DNA of 64,000 bases from a virus. The notes under the pieces were generated by a model, which saw nothing but the letters and a program-made list of their open reading frames with translations, was not told the origin of the DNA and ran no database searches. How positions within the stretch are numbered: the first letter of the stretch is position 1; the number at the start of each line of letters is the position of its first letter. The DNA lies in the IMG/VR virus record IMGVR_UViG_3300031787_000064, positions 1 through 64,000 of that record. One strand, 5' to 3'. The translations under genes were made by a program, and so were the position numbers. Positions 1-11,400 of the stretch are shown piece by piece.

Positions 1-1
1 C

Positions 2-586
2 GAAAGGATCCACTACGGCTTCTATAAGCTAGTAGAAAATATTATTCATACGTTTAAGTTCTACTACACCGAAGTTGACAATATAGAAGACCTAAAGTAT
101 GAAGTGATCTCGTTTCTTTTACAAAAACTAGACCTCTACGACCAATCCAAAGGAAAGGCCTACTCTTATTTTGGGACTATTGCCAAAAGGTATTTAATCA
201 TCTATAACCAAAAGAACTACAAGAAGCTTGTATCTAAAGCAGACATTGGAGAACAACACGACGATAATGCTTTGGTCAACTCAATTCTAGTAAAAGAGCC
301 AGAACCAGAGCTAGATAAGCTAGATATAGTCGAGCTTTTTATCAAGCATGTAGACGACAACTTGTTTGAGTTATTCGATAAACCTGAGGAGATCAGAGTC
401 GCTGATGCAATCCTAGAGATCTTCAAGAAAAGAGAGAATATAGATATTTTTAACAAGAAGGCTGTCTTCATCTATGTTAAAGAAATGACTGACACTCAGT
501 CTAATACGATCACCAAAGTGATCAAGAAACTAAAAACCATCTACAAGACCATTCTAGACAACTACCTTGAAAATCACGACTTTTAA
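2..586 (+). CDS. T4 gp55-like late-transcription sigma factor (5'-truncated by window edge)
   Basis: Frame is open from position 2 (ERIHYGFYKLVENIIHTFKFYY...); region-2-like motif LYDQSKGKAYSYFGTIAKRYLI; sits at the head of the structural operon. Confidence 0.7.
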   Translation, partial: ERIHYGFYKLVENIIHTFKFYYTEVDNIEDLKYEVISFLLQKLDLYDQSKGKAYSYFGTIAKRYLIIYNQKNYKKLVSKADIGEQHDDNALVNSILVKEPEPELDKLDIVELFIKHVDDNLFELFDKPEEIRVADAILEIFKKRENIDIFNKKAVFIYVKEMTDTQSNTITKVIKKLKTIYKTILDNYLENHDF

Positions 587-593
587 TATTTAT
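586..593 (+). promoter_or_regulatory. putative late promoter ATATTTAT
   Basis: Octamer ends 10 nt before ATG 604; the same octamer recurs before about 11 other genes. Confidence 0.6.
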
Positions 594-603
594 TCTAAAA
601 GTC

Positions 604-966
604 ATGGAACTAGAAAAAGAGATATTCAAAGGCAAAAAGATAGCCGATCTAGTCGAAGAGGTTTACAACAAGCATAAAAACCAAGACTCTACCATTAAGC
701 AAGAGATCATGAGACTTGCTGATATGATCGAGACTCCTGGTGATGCTATTGTAATTGTGCCTCTTTTGAAAGGATTCATGGATTCTAGCCTCAAGAACGA
801 CGAAGTCTTGATGAAACTCCTACAGCTTTTCCAAAAAGCATCGGCAGAAGCCAAGAAAGATGGTGTCGAAGATTCTGGCATTTTGACAGAAAAGGACATC
901 GAGCAGTTGTTTTCTGAAGTAAGTAACATTAAGATTAAAGATCCTAAACAATTACCACAAGCATAA
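604..966 (+). CDS. conserved hypothetical phage protein
   Basis: 120-aa ORF downstream of the late motif, translationally coupled to the next gene. Confidence 0.75.
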   Translation: MELEKEIFKGKKIADLVEEVYNKHKNQDSTIKQEIMRLADMIETPGDAIVIVPLLKGFMDSSLKNDEVLMKLLQLFQKASAEAKKDGVEDSGILTEKDIEQLFSEVSNIKIKDPKQLPQA

Positions 967-1874
967 TGTCAGACGGATATATTTTTGGTAATAAGTTTGA
1001 CTCCAAAGTTGGTAGATCTATCGGCCAGTATTTCCAAATTGGTCGAGTTAAGTCTATTGTGTTAGGACCTTTTAAAGGAAACACTCAAGAACGTGATCCT
1101 GATTACGGAAGCCCTATTGATATAGGAAAGATCAAATATGAGCTGTTATATTCTACTTTAGGAACCTCTAAGTCTGGTGAAGTATCTGAACCGGCTTGGC
1201 CAATGTTTAACTTTATTAGGCAGTATCCTGTGGTTAATGAGATAGTGCTTATCATGGCAGGGCCTACTGAGAAGTTGAACGATCGTGTGTCTAATCAGCA
1301 ATTCTTCTATTTTCCTCCATACAGTTTGTGGAATCGTGCTAATCATGGTGCTTTTCCAAACATGAGTGAGTATAGTAACTTCTTGAAACAGTCTGTTAAT
1401 ATTCAAGGGTATTCTGGAAATGCTGTAACTGGATCATCTCTTCCTTTGGGATATACTTTCCAAGAGAATCAACAAGTTAGAAATTTGCAGCCTTTTGAAG
1501 GTGATACAATACTACAAGCTAGATTCGGTCAATCTATCAGATTTGGATCAACTGTTCCTGTTCTAAAAAGAGATAATACATGGTCTAATTCTGGAAAGAA
1601 TGGAGACCCTATAACTATTATACTAAATAGTCAAAGGCAAGAAAACCCTGGACTAAAGTTCAATAATATTGTAGAAGACATAAATAAAGACGGCTCTGCT
1701 ATCTATATGACCTCTACTCAAGAGATCTTTTTAGAGGACATAAATAACTTTCCTTTAAACTCTTTTGGAACACCAATCACAGCAATATCACAGCCTACTC
1801 TAAGAGTTCCTAAACCAGCAATATCTAATGAAGTAGTTTCTCCAGCACTACAAGACCAAGCAAGCATAGGATAA
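966..1874 (+). CDS. baseplate hub/spike protein, gp5 N-terminal (OB-fold)-like
   Basis: AWPMFNFIRQYPVVNEIVLI and LQPFEGDTILQARFGQSIRFG motifs; located upstream of gp25/gp6. Confidence 0.55.
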   Translation: MSDGYIFGNKFDSKVGRSIGQYFQIGRVKSIVLGPFKGNTQERDPDYGSPIDIGKIKYELLYSTLGTSKSGEVSEPAWPMFNFIRQYPVVNEIVLIMAGPTEKLNDRVSNQQFFYFPPYSLWNRANHGAFPNMSEYSNFLKQSVNIQGYSGNAVTGSSLPLGYTFQENQQVRNLQPFEGDTILQARFGQSIRFGSTVPVLKRDNTWSNSGKNGDPITIILNSQRQENPGLKFNNIVEDINKDGSAIYMTSTQEIFLEDINNFPLNSFGTPITAISQPTLRVPKPAISNEVVSPALQDQASIG

Positions 1875-1875
1875 T

Positions 1876-2313
1876 ATGTACAGACCAGTTTTTCCATATA
1901 AAGGCAATCAACTCATTTTAACTTCTGAAAGAGTTACTATTCACTCAAAAACAGATGCTATCTTTTTGTTTGGTAAACAAGCAGTATCTTTGTCCTCTAC
2001 TAATACAATTAATTTAGACGCTTCAAATAAGATTATATTAGCAGGCCCTGTTATTGAACTAGGAAATAAAGCAAAAGACCTAGGTGAACCTATAGTTTTA
2101 GGAGATACATTAAATAGAAAACTATTAGACTTATTGGATGCTTTAAGTTTTATTTCTACAAGAATGGCACAAGCTTCCACATCTAATCCTGGTGCAACTG
2201 CCGAATTACTACAACAAGCTGGATCTTATCTAGGTAATAAAGTTAATGAACTAAAAGGCCAATTAGAGCCAGGTTTATCAGAAATACTATCTAAAAATAC
2301 TTTTACTAGATAA
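1876..2313 (+). CDS. putative spike beta-helix protein (gp5 C-terminal-like)
   Basis: Alternating short beta-strand pattern (VTIHSKTDAIFLFGKQAVSLSSTNTINLDA) and the EPIVLGDTL motif. Confidence 0.5.
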   Translation: MYRPVFPYKGNQLILTSERVTIHSKTDAIFLFGKQAVSLSSTNTINLDASNKIILAGPVIELGNKAKDLGEPIVLGDTLNRKLLDLLDALSFISTRMAQASTSNPGATAELLQQAGSYLGNKVNELKGQLEPGLSEILSKNTFTR

Positions 2314-2315
2314 GC

Positions 2316-4259
2316 ATGTCATCTACAAATAACAATATTAACCTCAATACCACCTCAGCAAAAGGTTTAGAAAAGGCTATTGGTGTTGTTAGTAGATTCT
2401 TTATAAAAACTCAAAGCAAAATAAATGAGATTTTATATGGTAAAGCTATATCAAAAAGGCAAGATGCTAACTTAATAAAAAGATTGCTAAATAAAGGAAT
2501 TATACCTTTACTAGATAATGTAACTTCTGTAGATCTTTGTAACATATTAAATTACGCTGCTAATAATATACCTGATGCTACAGATGCTAATGGTAATAAA
2601 ATTGTTTTTAATCCAAATAATCCTCCTCCAACTAATGATGTTATAGGTAGAAAAAAATGGCAACTTCAAAAAACCGCATATGATGTTCAACAGTTTATTG
2701 ATGAATATTATAGAGAGTATTTAGATACAAATAATCCTCAAAGTAGAGTTGGATTATTTACACTACTACAACAAATTAATTCATCTTTCTCTTCTGCTGT
2801 TAATCAAACTCAAGCTGGTTTAAATGACCCTTTAATAAAAGAGAATTTTCCTCAAGCTTCTGTAGCTAGTAATTTTTTACAAAATGCTTTAGGTAAATTT
2901 AATAGATATACTGATGTCAATCAAATTACTCCTCAAGAGGTCCAAAAGCTAATTGATTTAGTAGACAAAGTTAGACAGTATTGTATTATTATACAAGCTT
3001 TTAACAACCCAAAAAATTTAGTAGGTTTAATTGATAACTCATTAAATAGTGCAATTCAAAGAGAATTATCCGATATATCTAAATTGATCATTAACCCTGA
3101 TAAATTCTTTTCAGTTTTAAAAGCTATAATTAAAACAGTAAACACAGTTAATAATATTAGTCAAAAAATATTAGGCTTTATAAATACTATTCAAGCACTA
3201 ATTAAACTATGTATTGGTATAGTCTTTTTGTTTGGTATAATTATTGGCTTCTTAGTACTTTTACCAATTCCAAATATTTTAACTTTCTTAGGACTAACAA
3301 CAAAGTTTGCAGATACACTACAAAAATTAAGAGCTTTACAACAAAAACTACTTTCAAGATTAGAACAAATATCTGCAGTTTTAAATTTAGCTGCTATAGT
3401 AGTTACTAGTTTGGTAGCAGGAATACAAAATATTATAGATAAATTAAGAATAATTCAACAAAATTTAGAGAGTTGCACTAATAAAAATGAAGACTTAATT
3501 AATGAATTTAAAGACGCTATTAATAATTTAACTAATACATCCCAACAATTAAATAACTTCTTAACACAGTATAATAACCAACAAACAAAATCACAAACCC
3601 AATTTGGTAAATATACTATTCAAATAGTAACCGAGCAGGTTGTAGATGAGGGAATAAACCTAAGAAGAAGATATGGTATAGCCAAAGATTCCAATGGGTT
3701 TGTTGTTGTTCAATCAACGCCTACTTTTGCATCTTTAGACCTAATCATAATAAATGAAGTAAAAGCACTTCTTGTATCAAAAGGATTAGTAAATGCGAAT
3801 GTAGCCGGACTGTCTTCTGAAGAACAGGTAATTATTTTGGACGCCGCAAGATTTCTTGGAGATGATGAAATAGATCTATCAAATATAGAATTAAATACCA
3901 CGGATATACAAACATTACAAGAAGACGAATTAGGTTTAGGTACTTTTGTTAATAATTTACCAGGAGGAAGGGCCTTGAGAAGGAAAGTCCGCCAAAAAAT
4001 GCTTCAAAACTATCAAAAATTAGGAACTGATTTAAAATCAACAGATCCGCAAGGCAGATTCTCTTCTGGAATAATAAAACAGCAACAGTCAGAAAGAAAT
4101 AAACTAGAGATTCAAGTTCTAGAAGACAAAATTGACGGCTGGAAAAAGGAAATAGCTCTTGCAGCAACTCAAGGTCCAATAGGCCTAGTTGTGGTAAGAG
4201 ATAGGATTAAAAAGATCAAAGACGCCGAGAAGAAGATTCAAGAATTAAGACAAGGATAA
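2316..4259 (+). CDS. large helical virion-associated protein with hydrophobic (TM-like) segment
   Basis: 647 aa, coiled-coil rich, LCIGIVFLFGIIIGFLVLLPIP segment, within the baseplate operon. Confidence 0.6.
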   Translation: MSSTNNNINLNTTSAKGLEKAIGVVSRFFIKTQSKINEILYGKAISKRQDANLIKRLLNKGIIPLLDNVTSVDLCNILNYAANNIPDATDANGNKIVFNPNNPPPTNDVIGRKKWQLQKTAYDVQQFIDEYYREYLDTNNPQSRVGLFTLLQQINSSFSSAVNQTQAGLNDPLIKENFPQASVASNFLQNALGKFNRYTDVNQITPQEVQKLIDLVDKVRQYCIIIQAFNNPKNLVGLIDNSLNSAIQRELSDISKLIINPDKFFSVLKAIIKTVNTVNNISQKILGFINTIQALIKLCIGIVFLFGIIIGFLVLLPIPNILTFLGLTTKFADTLQKLRALQQKLLSRLEQISAVLNLAAIVVTSLVAGIQNIIDKLRIIQQNLESCTNKNEDLINEFKDAINNLTNTSQQLNNFLTQYNNQQTKSQTQFGKYTIQIVTEQVVDEGINLRRRYGIAKDSNGFVVVQSTPTFASLDLIIINEVKALLVSKGLVNANVAGLSSEEQVIILDAARFLGDDEIDLSNIELNTTDIQTLQEDELGLGTFVNNLPGGRALRRKVRQKMLQNYQKLGTDLKSTDPQGRFSSGIIKQQQSERNKLEIQVLEDKIDGWKKEIALAATQGPIGLVVVRDRIKKIKDAEKKIQELRQG

Positions 4260-4273
4260 AATAACAAGGCAAA

Positions 4274-4281
4274 ATATTTAT
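4274..4281 (+). promoter_or_regulatory. putative late promoter ATATTTAT
   Basis: Octamer ends 5 nt before ATG 4287. Confidence 0.55.
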
Positions 4282-4286
4282 AAGAT

Positions 4287-4730
4287 ATGGCACAAATTGA
4301 TGCACTAAGAAAGCTAATCCGTGAAGAACTTCGCCAAGTTCTAAAGGAAGAACTCCCTAAAATTCTTAAGGAGGTACAAGCTCCTGTGGTAAAAGATCCT
4401 AAAAAGGCTCTTCAAGAACAGGTTAAGGCTAAAATTCCTGGTACTTTAAACACCCAGGCTAGTAAACCTCAAATAAAGTTTGCGTCTAACAACCCAATGG
4501 CAGCTTTTTTGAATGATACTGCAAAGTCTATGCTTCAAGAAGACTTTTCTATGACCACAGCAGATGTTCATCCTGCGATGGCCTTCCAACCTAACCAGGT
4601 ATCTGTAGGTTCTGTTGAAGGAATGCTTGGATCTGCTAGACCTAGTTCAAACTTAGCAGCAGTACAAATTAATGAAGTGCCAGACTTTTCTGGACTTATG
4701 AGTAAATTGAAAGAGAAAGGACAAATCTAA
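4287..4730 (+). CDS. hypothetical late protein
   Basis: 147-aa ORF with N-terminal LRKLIREE motif. Confidence 0.7.
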   Translation: MAQIDALRKLIREELRQVLKEELPKILKEVQAPVVKDPKKALQEQVKAKIPGTLNTQASKPQIKFASNNPMAAFLNDTAKSMLQEDFSMTTADVHPAMAFQPNQVSVGSVEGMLGSARPSSNLAAVQINEVPDFSGLMSKLKEKGQI

Positions 4731-5143
4731 TGGCATACGGATTAAAGAAAATATCAGTAGTAGATCTTAGGCCATCAACCGGTGTTGGTGTTAAAATTCC
4801 TTTTGATGCTGAAAATGTATTTTCTACCGTATATACTACCAAAGACCAGACTAAGTACAACTTGATCAACTTTTTGTTGACAGACCCAAGAGAAAGGCCT
4901 TTTAACCCTACTTTTGGAGCTGGGCTTAGAGCCAGACTATTTGAACAAATTGATCAGCTTACTTTTGAAGACATAAAAGAATCCATCAGAACTCAGATAG
5001 AGGCCAACTTTCCTAATGTGCAAATAGTTACTCTAGATATTATAGGAAACCCAGATTACAATTCAATTAATATAAAATTTAGTTATCGCTTATTAAGATC
5101 GAATGAAAACGATTCAGTCACAGTAGCTATACAAAATATGTAA
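4730..5143 (+). CDS. baseplate wedge protein, gp25-like
   Basis: NLINFLLTDPRERPFNPTFGAGLRARLFE is the GPW/gp25 signature. Confidence 0.9.
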   Translation: MAYGLKKISVVDLRPSTGVGVKIPFDAENVFSTVYTTKDQTKYNLINFLLTDPRERPFNPTFGAGLRARLFEQIDQLTFEDIKESIRTQIEANFPNVQIVTLDIIGNPDYNSINIKFSYRLLRSNENDSVTVAIQNM

Positions 5144-5145
5144 CA

Positions 5146-7002
5146 ATGCTTAACCAGGTAGACATAAAATATTTAAATAAAGACTTTACTTCGTTTAGGT
5201 CTGACCTAATTGAATACGCTAAGGCATATTATCCTACGGTTTATAACGATTTTACTCAGGCTTCTCCTGGTAGCATGTTCATTGAAATGGCTTCTTATGT
5301 AGGAGACGTTTTATCATTCTATCTAGACAATCAGATTCAAGAGACTTACTTACAATATTCAAAGCAAAAAGGAAACCTATATTCTATGGCCTATACACTA
5401 GGTTATAGACCAAAAGTTACCTCTGCTGCAACTGTTACTTTAGATGTTTATCAACAAGTACCTTCAATAACTGTAGGTGGAAGCACAAGTCCTGACTTTA
5501 CTTACGCAATGACTATTGAACAAGGAATGCAAGTAAAATCAAATGTTGATAACTCCGTGTTGTTCTATGTACCTCAAAAAGTAGACTTTTCAACATCTTC
5601 ATCTTATGATCCAACTACTGTAGAAGTATATACAATCAATGGATCAAATGTTCCTACGTCTTATCTTCTAAAGAAAAGCGTCCAAGCAATATCTGGCCAA
5701 GTTAAGACACAAACGTTTTCTTTCGGAGCTGCTCAAAGATTTGCCACAGTTAATTTACAAGACAGTAGTATTATCACTATTCTTGATGCTAAAGATTCTA
5801 GTGGTAATACTTGGTATGAGGTACCATATCTTGCTCAAGATTATATATTAAAGCCAGTTCAAAATACAGCAGCTAACTATCCTAGCTTATACCAATATCA
5901 GAATCAGGTTCCATACATGATTCAAAAGCTGACTGTTCCTAGAAGGTTTGTTTCTAGATTTAGAGTAAATGGATCATTAGATATTGAATTTGGTTCTGGT
6001 ATAAACGCTGTTGCTGATACCGCTATTATACCAAATCCTAACGCAGTTAGTGTAGGTTTAACTGGTGGAGGTTTAAGTACACTGTCTAGTTCATTCGATC
6101 CAACTAACTTTGTAACTACTCAAACTTATGGTCTTGCTCCAAGAAATACATCTATAACATTCCAATATATTGTAGGCGGTGGCGCTTCTGCAAACGTATT
6201 AACAAGTCAACTTACAGATATAGTATCATATACAGTATCAGGAAATACAACATATCAAAATACTATAGTTGTAAATAACCCTGAACCTGCTGCAGGTGGA
6301 GGAGACGGTGATTCTGTAGAACAATTAAGATTTAATATTGCGGCTGAATATCCAACACAGCTTCGTGCAGTTACTCAAGAAGACTATCTTGCAAGAGTAA
6401 TGTCAATGCCTGCTCAGTATGGTGAAGTTGCTAAGGCATATCTTACAAAAGACGATGTTACCTTTAGAAATTACATGAATCAAGATCCAGGCCAAAGAGA
6501 TCCTTTAGCTATAAGCTTGTATGTTTTAGGTTTAAATGGACAAGGTCAATTAGATGTACCATCACCGGCAATTCTACAGAACATTCAAACTTATTTGAGG
6601 GATTATAGAATGTTGACTGATGCTGTTAATATAAAGCCTGGTTATATTATTAATATAGGTTGTAACTTTGATATAGTTATCAGACCAAACTACACTAGCC
6701 AAGATGTTGTTGCAAGATGTATATTAGCACTACAAGACTTCTTTAACATAGACAACTGGCAGATCAATGAGCCTATTATTTTAGGAGACATTTATACAAT
6801 ATTAGATCAAGTAGAAGGAGTTCAAACAGTGAAAACTGTAAACATAGTAAATAAGTCTGGAGAGGCTGACGGATATTCTAAATATTCTTATGATATTTCA
6901 GCTGGTACTTTAGACGGTGTAATTTATCCATCACTTGATCCATCTATATTTGAAGTTAAATATTTAAACACAGACATACAAGGTAGAGTAGTAACAATAT
7001 AA
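5146..7002 (+). CDS. baseplate wedge protein, gp6-like
   Basis: DFTSFRSDLIEY, LGYRPK, IEFGSG, GGGDGDSVEQLR and QLRAVTQEDY motifs. Confidence 0.9.
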   Translation: MLNQVDIKYLNKDFTSFRSDLIEYAKAYYPTVYNDFTQASPGSMFIEMASYVGDVLSFYLDNQIQETYLQYSKQKGNLYSMAYTLGYRPKVTSAATVTLDVYQQVPSITVGGSTSPDFTYAMTIEQGMQVKSNVDNSVLFYVPQKVDFSTSSSYDPTTVEVYTINGSNVPTSYLLKKSVQAISGQVKTQTFSFGAAQRFATVNLQDSSIITILDAKDSSGNTWYEVPYLAQDYILKPVQNTAANYPSLYQYQNQVPYMIQKLTVPRRFVSRFRVNGSLDIEFGSGINAVADTAIIPNPNAVSVGLTGGGLSTLSSSFDPTNFVTTQTYGLAPRNTSITFQYIVGGGASANVLTSQLTDIVSYTVSGNTTYQNTIVVNNPEPAAGGGDGDSVEQLRFNIAAEYPTQLRAVTQEDYLARVMSMPAQYGEVAKAYLTKDDVTFRNYMNQDPGQRDPLAISLYVLGLNGQGQLDVPSPAILQNIQTYLRDYRMLTDAVNIKPGYIINIGCNFDIVIRPNYTSQDVVARCILALQDFFNIDNWQINEPIILGDIYTILDQVEGVQTVKTVNIVNKSGEADGYSKYSYDISAGTLDGVIYPSLDPSIFEVKYLNTDIQGRVVTI

Positions 7003-7012
7003 AAGTAGAAAA

Positions 7013-8116
7013 ATGGCCGTATATAAAATATTTGCTTCAGCTGATGCTTCATTATACTCTAGTCAACCTGCTAGAAACACAGGACTTGATGAGATATTAG
7101 AAGTTAGTGTGAAAAATAGCAATAAACCGTTGAATTTTTTCGTAGATCCTGTACCATCAGAACCACTACTTCAAGATGATCTAAGAAGGTCGCTTGTATT
7201 ATTTAGTGATAAAGATTTAACTAAAATAAAAACGTACACAACAGGATCATGGAAAGCATTTCTAAGATTATATCTTGCAAATGCAGAAAATTTAACTACA
7301 CAGTATAATTTACTAGTAGGCCAAGTTTCTCAGTCTTGGGATATGGGAACAGGTAAATTAGCTGACAATCCACAAACTAGAAACGGTGTTTGTTGGTATA
7401 ATACAGGTTCTTATGTTAGCTCTACTACAAGTTGGATTAATGCTCAATATTATCTAACTCCTGGAGGAGGTTCTTGGACTGGTTCTTTTATAAGTCAATC
7501 TTTTGGGTATAGCGATAATAAAGACATAGATTTAAATGTTACTCCTATTGTTAATAATTGGTTTAGTGGATCATTAAATGCAGGTTTTATAATTAAACAT
7601 CCACAAGCAATAGAAAATAATTCTGGTAGTTACATAGCATTGAGCTTCTTTTCTGTAGATACTCATACTATTTATCCTCCTACAATTGAAATGAAGTGGG
7701 ATGATAGTTCATATTCTACTGGTAGTTTAAGCGTTATTAATAACTCTAATACTGTTATTACGTTAGCAAATAATACGGATACTTACAAATACGGCACAGA
7801 CAAATATAAGTTCAGAATTAACGCAAGAGACAAATATCCTGCAAGAGTATTCACAACGTCGTCTTTTTATACAACTAATAAAGCGCTTCCTCAGACTTCT
7901 TATTGGGCTTTGCAAGATGTAAAGACCGAAGATATGGTAATAAACTTTGACGATGTTTATACAAAGATCAGTTGTGATCCAACAAGTAGTTATTTTAACA
8001 TGTATATGAATGGTTTAGAACCAGAAAGATACTATAAGGTACTTATTAAAACAACATTAGCAGACGGAGAAACATTTGAAGTAGATAATAACCTTATTTT
8101 TAAAGTAGTTAGATAA
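7013..8116 (+). CDS. virion structural protein (DNRLRE-like carbohydrate-binding domain)
   Basis: ADASLYSSQPARNTG...RRSLVLF...AFLRLY...SWDMGTG pattern. Confidence 0.5.
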   Translation: MAVYKIFASADASLYSSQPARNTGLDEILEVSVKNSNKPLNFFVDPVPSEPLLQDDLRRSLVLFSDKDLTKIKTYTTGSWKAFLRLYLANAENLTTQYNLLVGQVSQSWDMGTGKLADNPQTRNGVCWYNTGSYVSSTTSWINAQYYLTPGGGSWTGSFISQSFGYSDNKDIDLNVTPIVNNWFSGSLNAGFIIKHPQAIENNSGSYIALSFFSVDTHTIYPPTIEMKWDDSSYSTGSLSVINNSNTVITLANNTDTYKYGTDKYKFRINARDKYPARVFTTSSFYTTNKALPQTSYWALQDVKTEDMVINFDDVYTKISCDPTSSYFNMYMNGLEPERYYKVLIKTTLADGETFEVDNNLIFKVVR

Positions 8117-8454
8117 TGGCAAACGTACAGCTAGTTAAAGAAATATATGGTATAAACACATATACCAAAGCTGTTGATACAGAATTTGAAGAACTACTTC
8201 AACCTGTAGTTGTAGAAACAACACCTACAATAACTGTTGATGAGTTCTTTCAATACTATCAAGATCTTTTCTTTGAGATACCCGTATCTGGATCTATTAA
8301 CTCTCACACCTATCTTGTTGAACAAAGCCAACAATATATAGGAGGATCAGTTTTAGATGCAGAAAAACAGGCACTCATCGAAGAAATTAACTCTCTTCGT
8401 CAACAATTATTAGATTTAAACCAATCGTTTACAGATATCAATAGCTTAATATAA
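8116..8454 (+). CDS. hypothetical structural-module protein
   Basis: Translationally coupled 112-aa ORF. Confidence 0.7.
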   Translation: MANVQLVKEIYGINTYTKAVDTEFEELLQPVVVETTPTITVDEFFQYYQDLFFEIPVSGSINSHTYLVEQSQQYIGGSVLDAEKQALIEEINSLRQQLLDLNQSFTDINSLI

Positions 8455-11400
8455 TGGAATTAGTTAACATAACATACTCTGGTGAAGGTAGGCAGCCTGT
8501 CGAATTAACTCCGTTAGATCAGCAGTTAGTTACATCTAATTTCATTAACTCTAATTTTGGTGCTGATGGGGACTATATAGAGTTATTTATATACGATCAA
8601 CAGAATACACTAATAGACGTTGATTATGATGCGTTTGATTATTACCCGTTCTTACTAAATAATCCACAAAACAATACATACTCTGCTCTAACTCTAGAGC
8701 CAGAAAAAGATCTTCGCAATAGAGGGTACAACAGAGGAAATCTTACCATTCAGTATAACTTTTATAAGAAGCTATTTAACTCTCAGTTTGGCACTCAGTA
8801 TTGGATCAAAGAAATATCTCAGACAAGAAGAGAAATAAAATTAGCATCTCAAGTATTATCAGACGCAGTTATAAGAGATGGTTTTACACAATACCAATCT
8901 TACATTGCAACGAAGAACTACTATCCAATATTCTATTTGAACTTTGGTAATAATATAGTTATAACTGCTAACAATGTTGCATTAACAGAAGACGAAGAAG
9001 GATCTTATTTACTTATTAGATTATATGAACCCCTTCCTACAGAGTTTGATCTCAAAACTCAACTGTGGATTGTAGATAAAGTAGCTGAATCTGTTAGCTT
9101 TAATGTAGACATTCAAGTACAAGTAGATCCTACCCAAGACGTTAATGCTCTTCGTGGACCTAATTATAATGTAGTTGTTAATACTAAGAATGGGCAAACT
9201 ACACCTTATTATAACTACGATAATTTAATAACAAGCCCAGTAACATCATCTTTTCAAAAGTTACTAAGCTATTATCAAGATAGATCTATAGATATTAACG
9301 TAGACTATAGTAACTTCTCTAACTTTATACACTTTTCTAATGCAGAAGAAAGAGTTAGAAATTTTGTATATAAATTACAACTAATAGAATCAGCTAATAC
9401 TGATTTAGCTGCTCAAAGGTCTATCGTAGGAGGATCTGGTACGTCTACTATTTTATCATCTAGTATAGATGCAATACAGCAAAGAATAGATAATATAGTT
9501 AAGAATTTTGATCTATATGAATACTTCTTATACTTCAACTCATCTAGTTGGGCTTGGCCAAAAAGTAGTAATACTCAACCATATGCTTTATATTCTGTAA
9601 CATCATCTCAAGCTTCTAACTTTTTAGGAAGTACTACTACTGTACCAACCGCAACAACTCAATCACTATTATTTAGCGCATCTTACTATGACTCTACTAA
9701 TAAAGATGCACTTCGTAATTTTATTCCTCAATATCTACTAGACGATTCAAGTAACCAGCCATATATCACTTTTGTTGACATGATTGGTCAACACTTTGAT
9801 AATATTTGGTTGTACTATAAAGATGTTTCTAATAGATACAACAATACAAATAATCCTGATACTGGTATATCATTAGACCTCGTTTCTGACGCATTACGAG
9901 GCTTTGGTATGCAATTGTATACAAACAGTAACGTTTCAGATAACCTCTATTATACGTTGTTTGGTATCAATGAGGATGGATCTTTACTTCCTCCAACAGG
10001 ATCAGAAGTAATTACTAACTATGTTACTTCAAGTTTAACTACACTTCCAGCGGCTACTATACAAGATGAGTACTATAAGAGAATATATCACAACCTACCT
10101 TACTTACTTAAAACAAAAGGTACAGAAAGGAGCGTAAAAGCTTTAGTTGCTACTTATGGTATTCCTGAAAGTATATTGACTGTTCGTGAATTTGGAGGAA
10201 ACCCAATATCTGGAACTATAGGTGTTCTAGACATGCCTACCTCTGATTTTAAAGTATCAATAGCAACAGGATCAGCAGGTATTGTTACAGGAAGTTTAGA
10301 ACTCTCATCATCATTACTTTCTTCATATACTACATTACAATACTATACAAATAATGATCGATTAAATAGTTCAAATGTAGAGATAGGATTTTCACCTGCT
10401 GATGTTATTAATGCAAATATTAGTGCATCTCAAGGTTATTTTGATATCAATCAATTAATAGGAGCTCCGGGATATCAATACTCGTCTTCTTATCAACCTT
10501 TAGTTAGTGCTAGCAATGCATACTTTGCAACATATACACAACCTAATAGTATTTGGGAGTATATACGCCTGTTAAAGTTCTATAACAACTCTTTATTTAA
10601 GTTTGTAAAAGATTTCGTTCCTGCAAGAGCAAACGTATCTACAGGTATTATAGTTAAGTCTCACTTGTATGAGAGAAACAAATACCCTCGCCATGAACCT
10701 AATATAAGTTTCAATGACTATTCACAGTCTATTGATATGGTCTCTATTAGTGGTAGTTACGGTGATGCAATATCTGGATCTACTTACTGGGATGGTTTTG
10801 TTACAACCCCTTTAGGTCCTGCATCATATATTAGTTCACAAAATATAGAACTATATAACGGTGAGTTTAGTGGATCAAAAATAGTTGTAACTAGTGGCGA
10901 AGCTTTTGATCAAGATGAACCATCAAATTTACCAGGAACAGGTTCAGGTTTTATTCAAGTTAATTTAGGAGCACTTTATCAAAATGTAACTTCATCAGTA
11001 AGATCTGTTGATTTGTTTGACCTTGATTATTCTTCTGATCAATTGATACCTGTAAACTACGGTATAGTAACTCAATCTATTAGTGCATCTCAAGTAAACA
11101 ATTACGCTACATACACTAATCCAAATAGTCCATACGCTCAAGTACAAGACTATAACTATAATTTAGAAAGATCAATTATACCAAGGTATCGTGGTTCTAA
11201 AACAATCAGTGCTGAATATAATACAGAAAGCCCAGCAAATCAGTCTTATGGTGATACAGCCGCTATCGATAAAATTAAATATCAATATGCGTATCTTGTA
11301 GACATTTATTCTGGTTCTATGTTCTTGCCTAATAGATCAAATGCTCAGATTAAGTATATTATAGATAATGATCAAAATGTTCTTGACTTAACTAAAGCGA

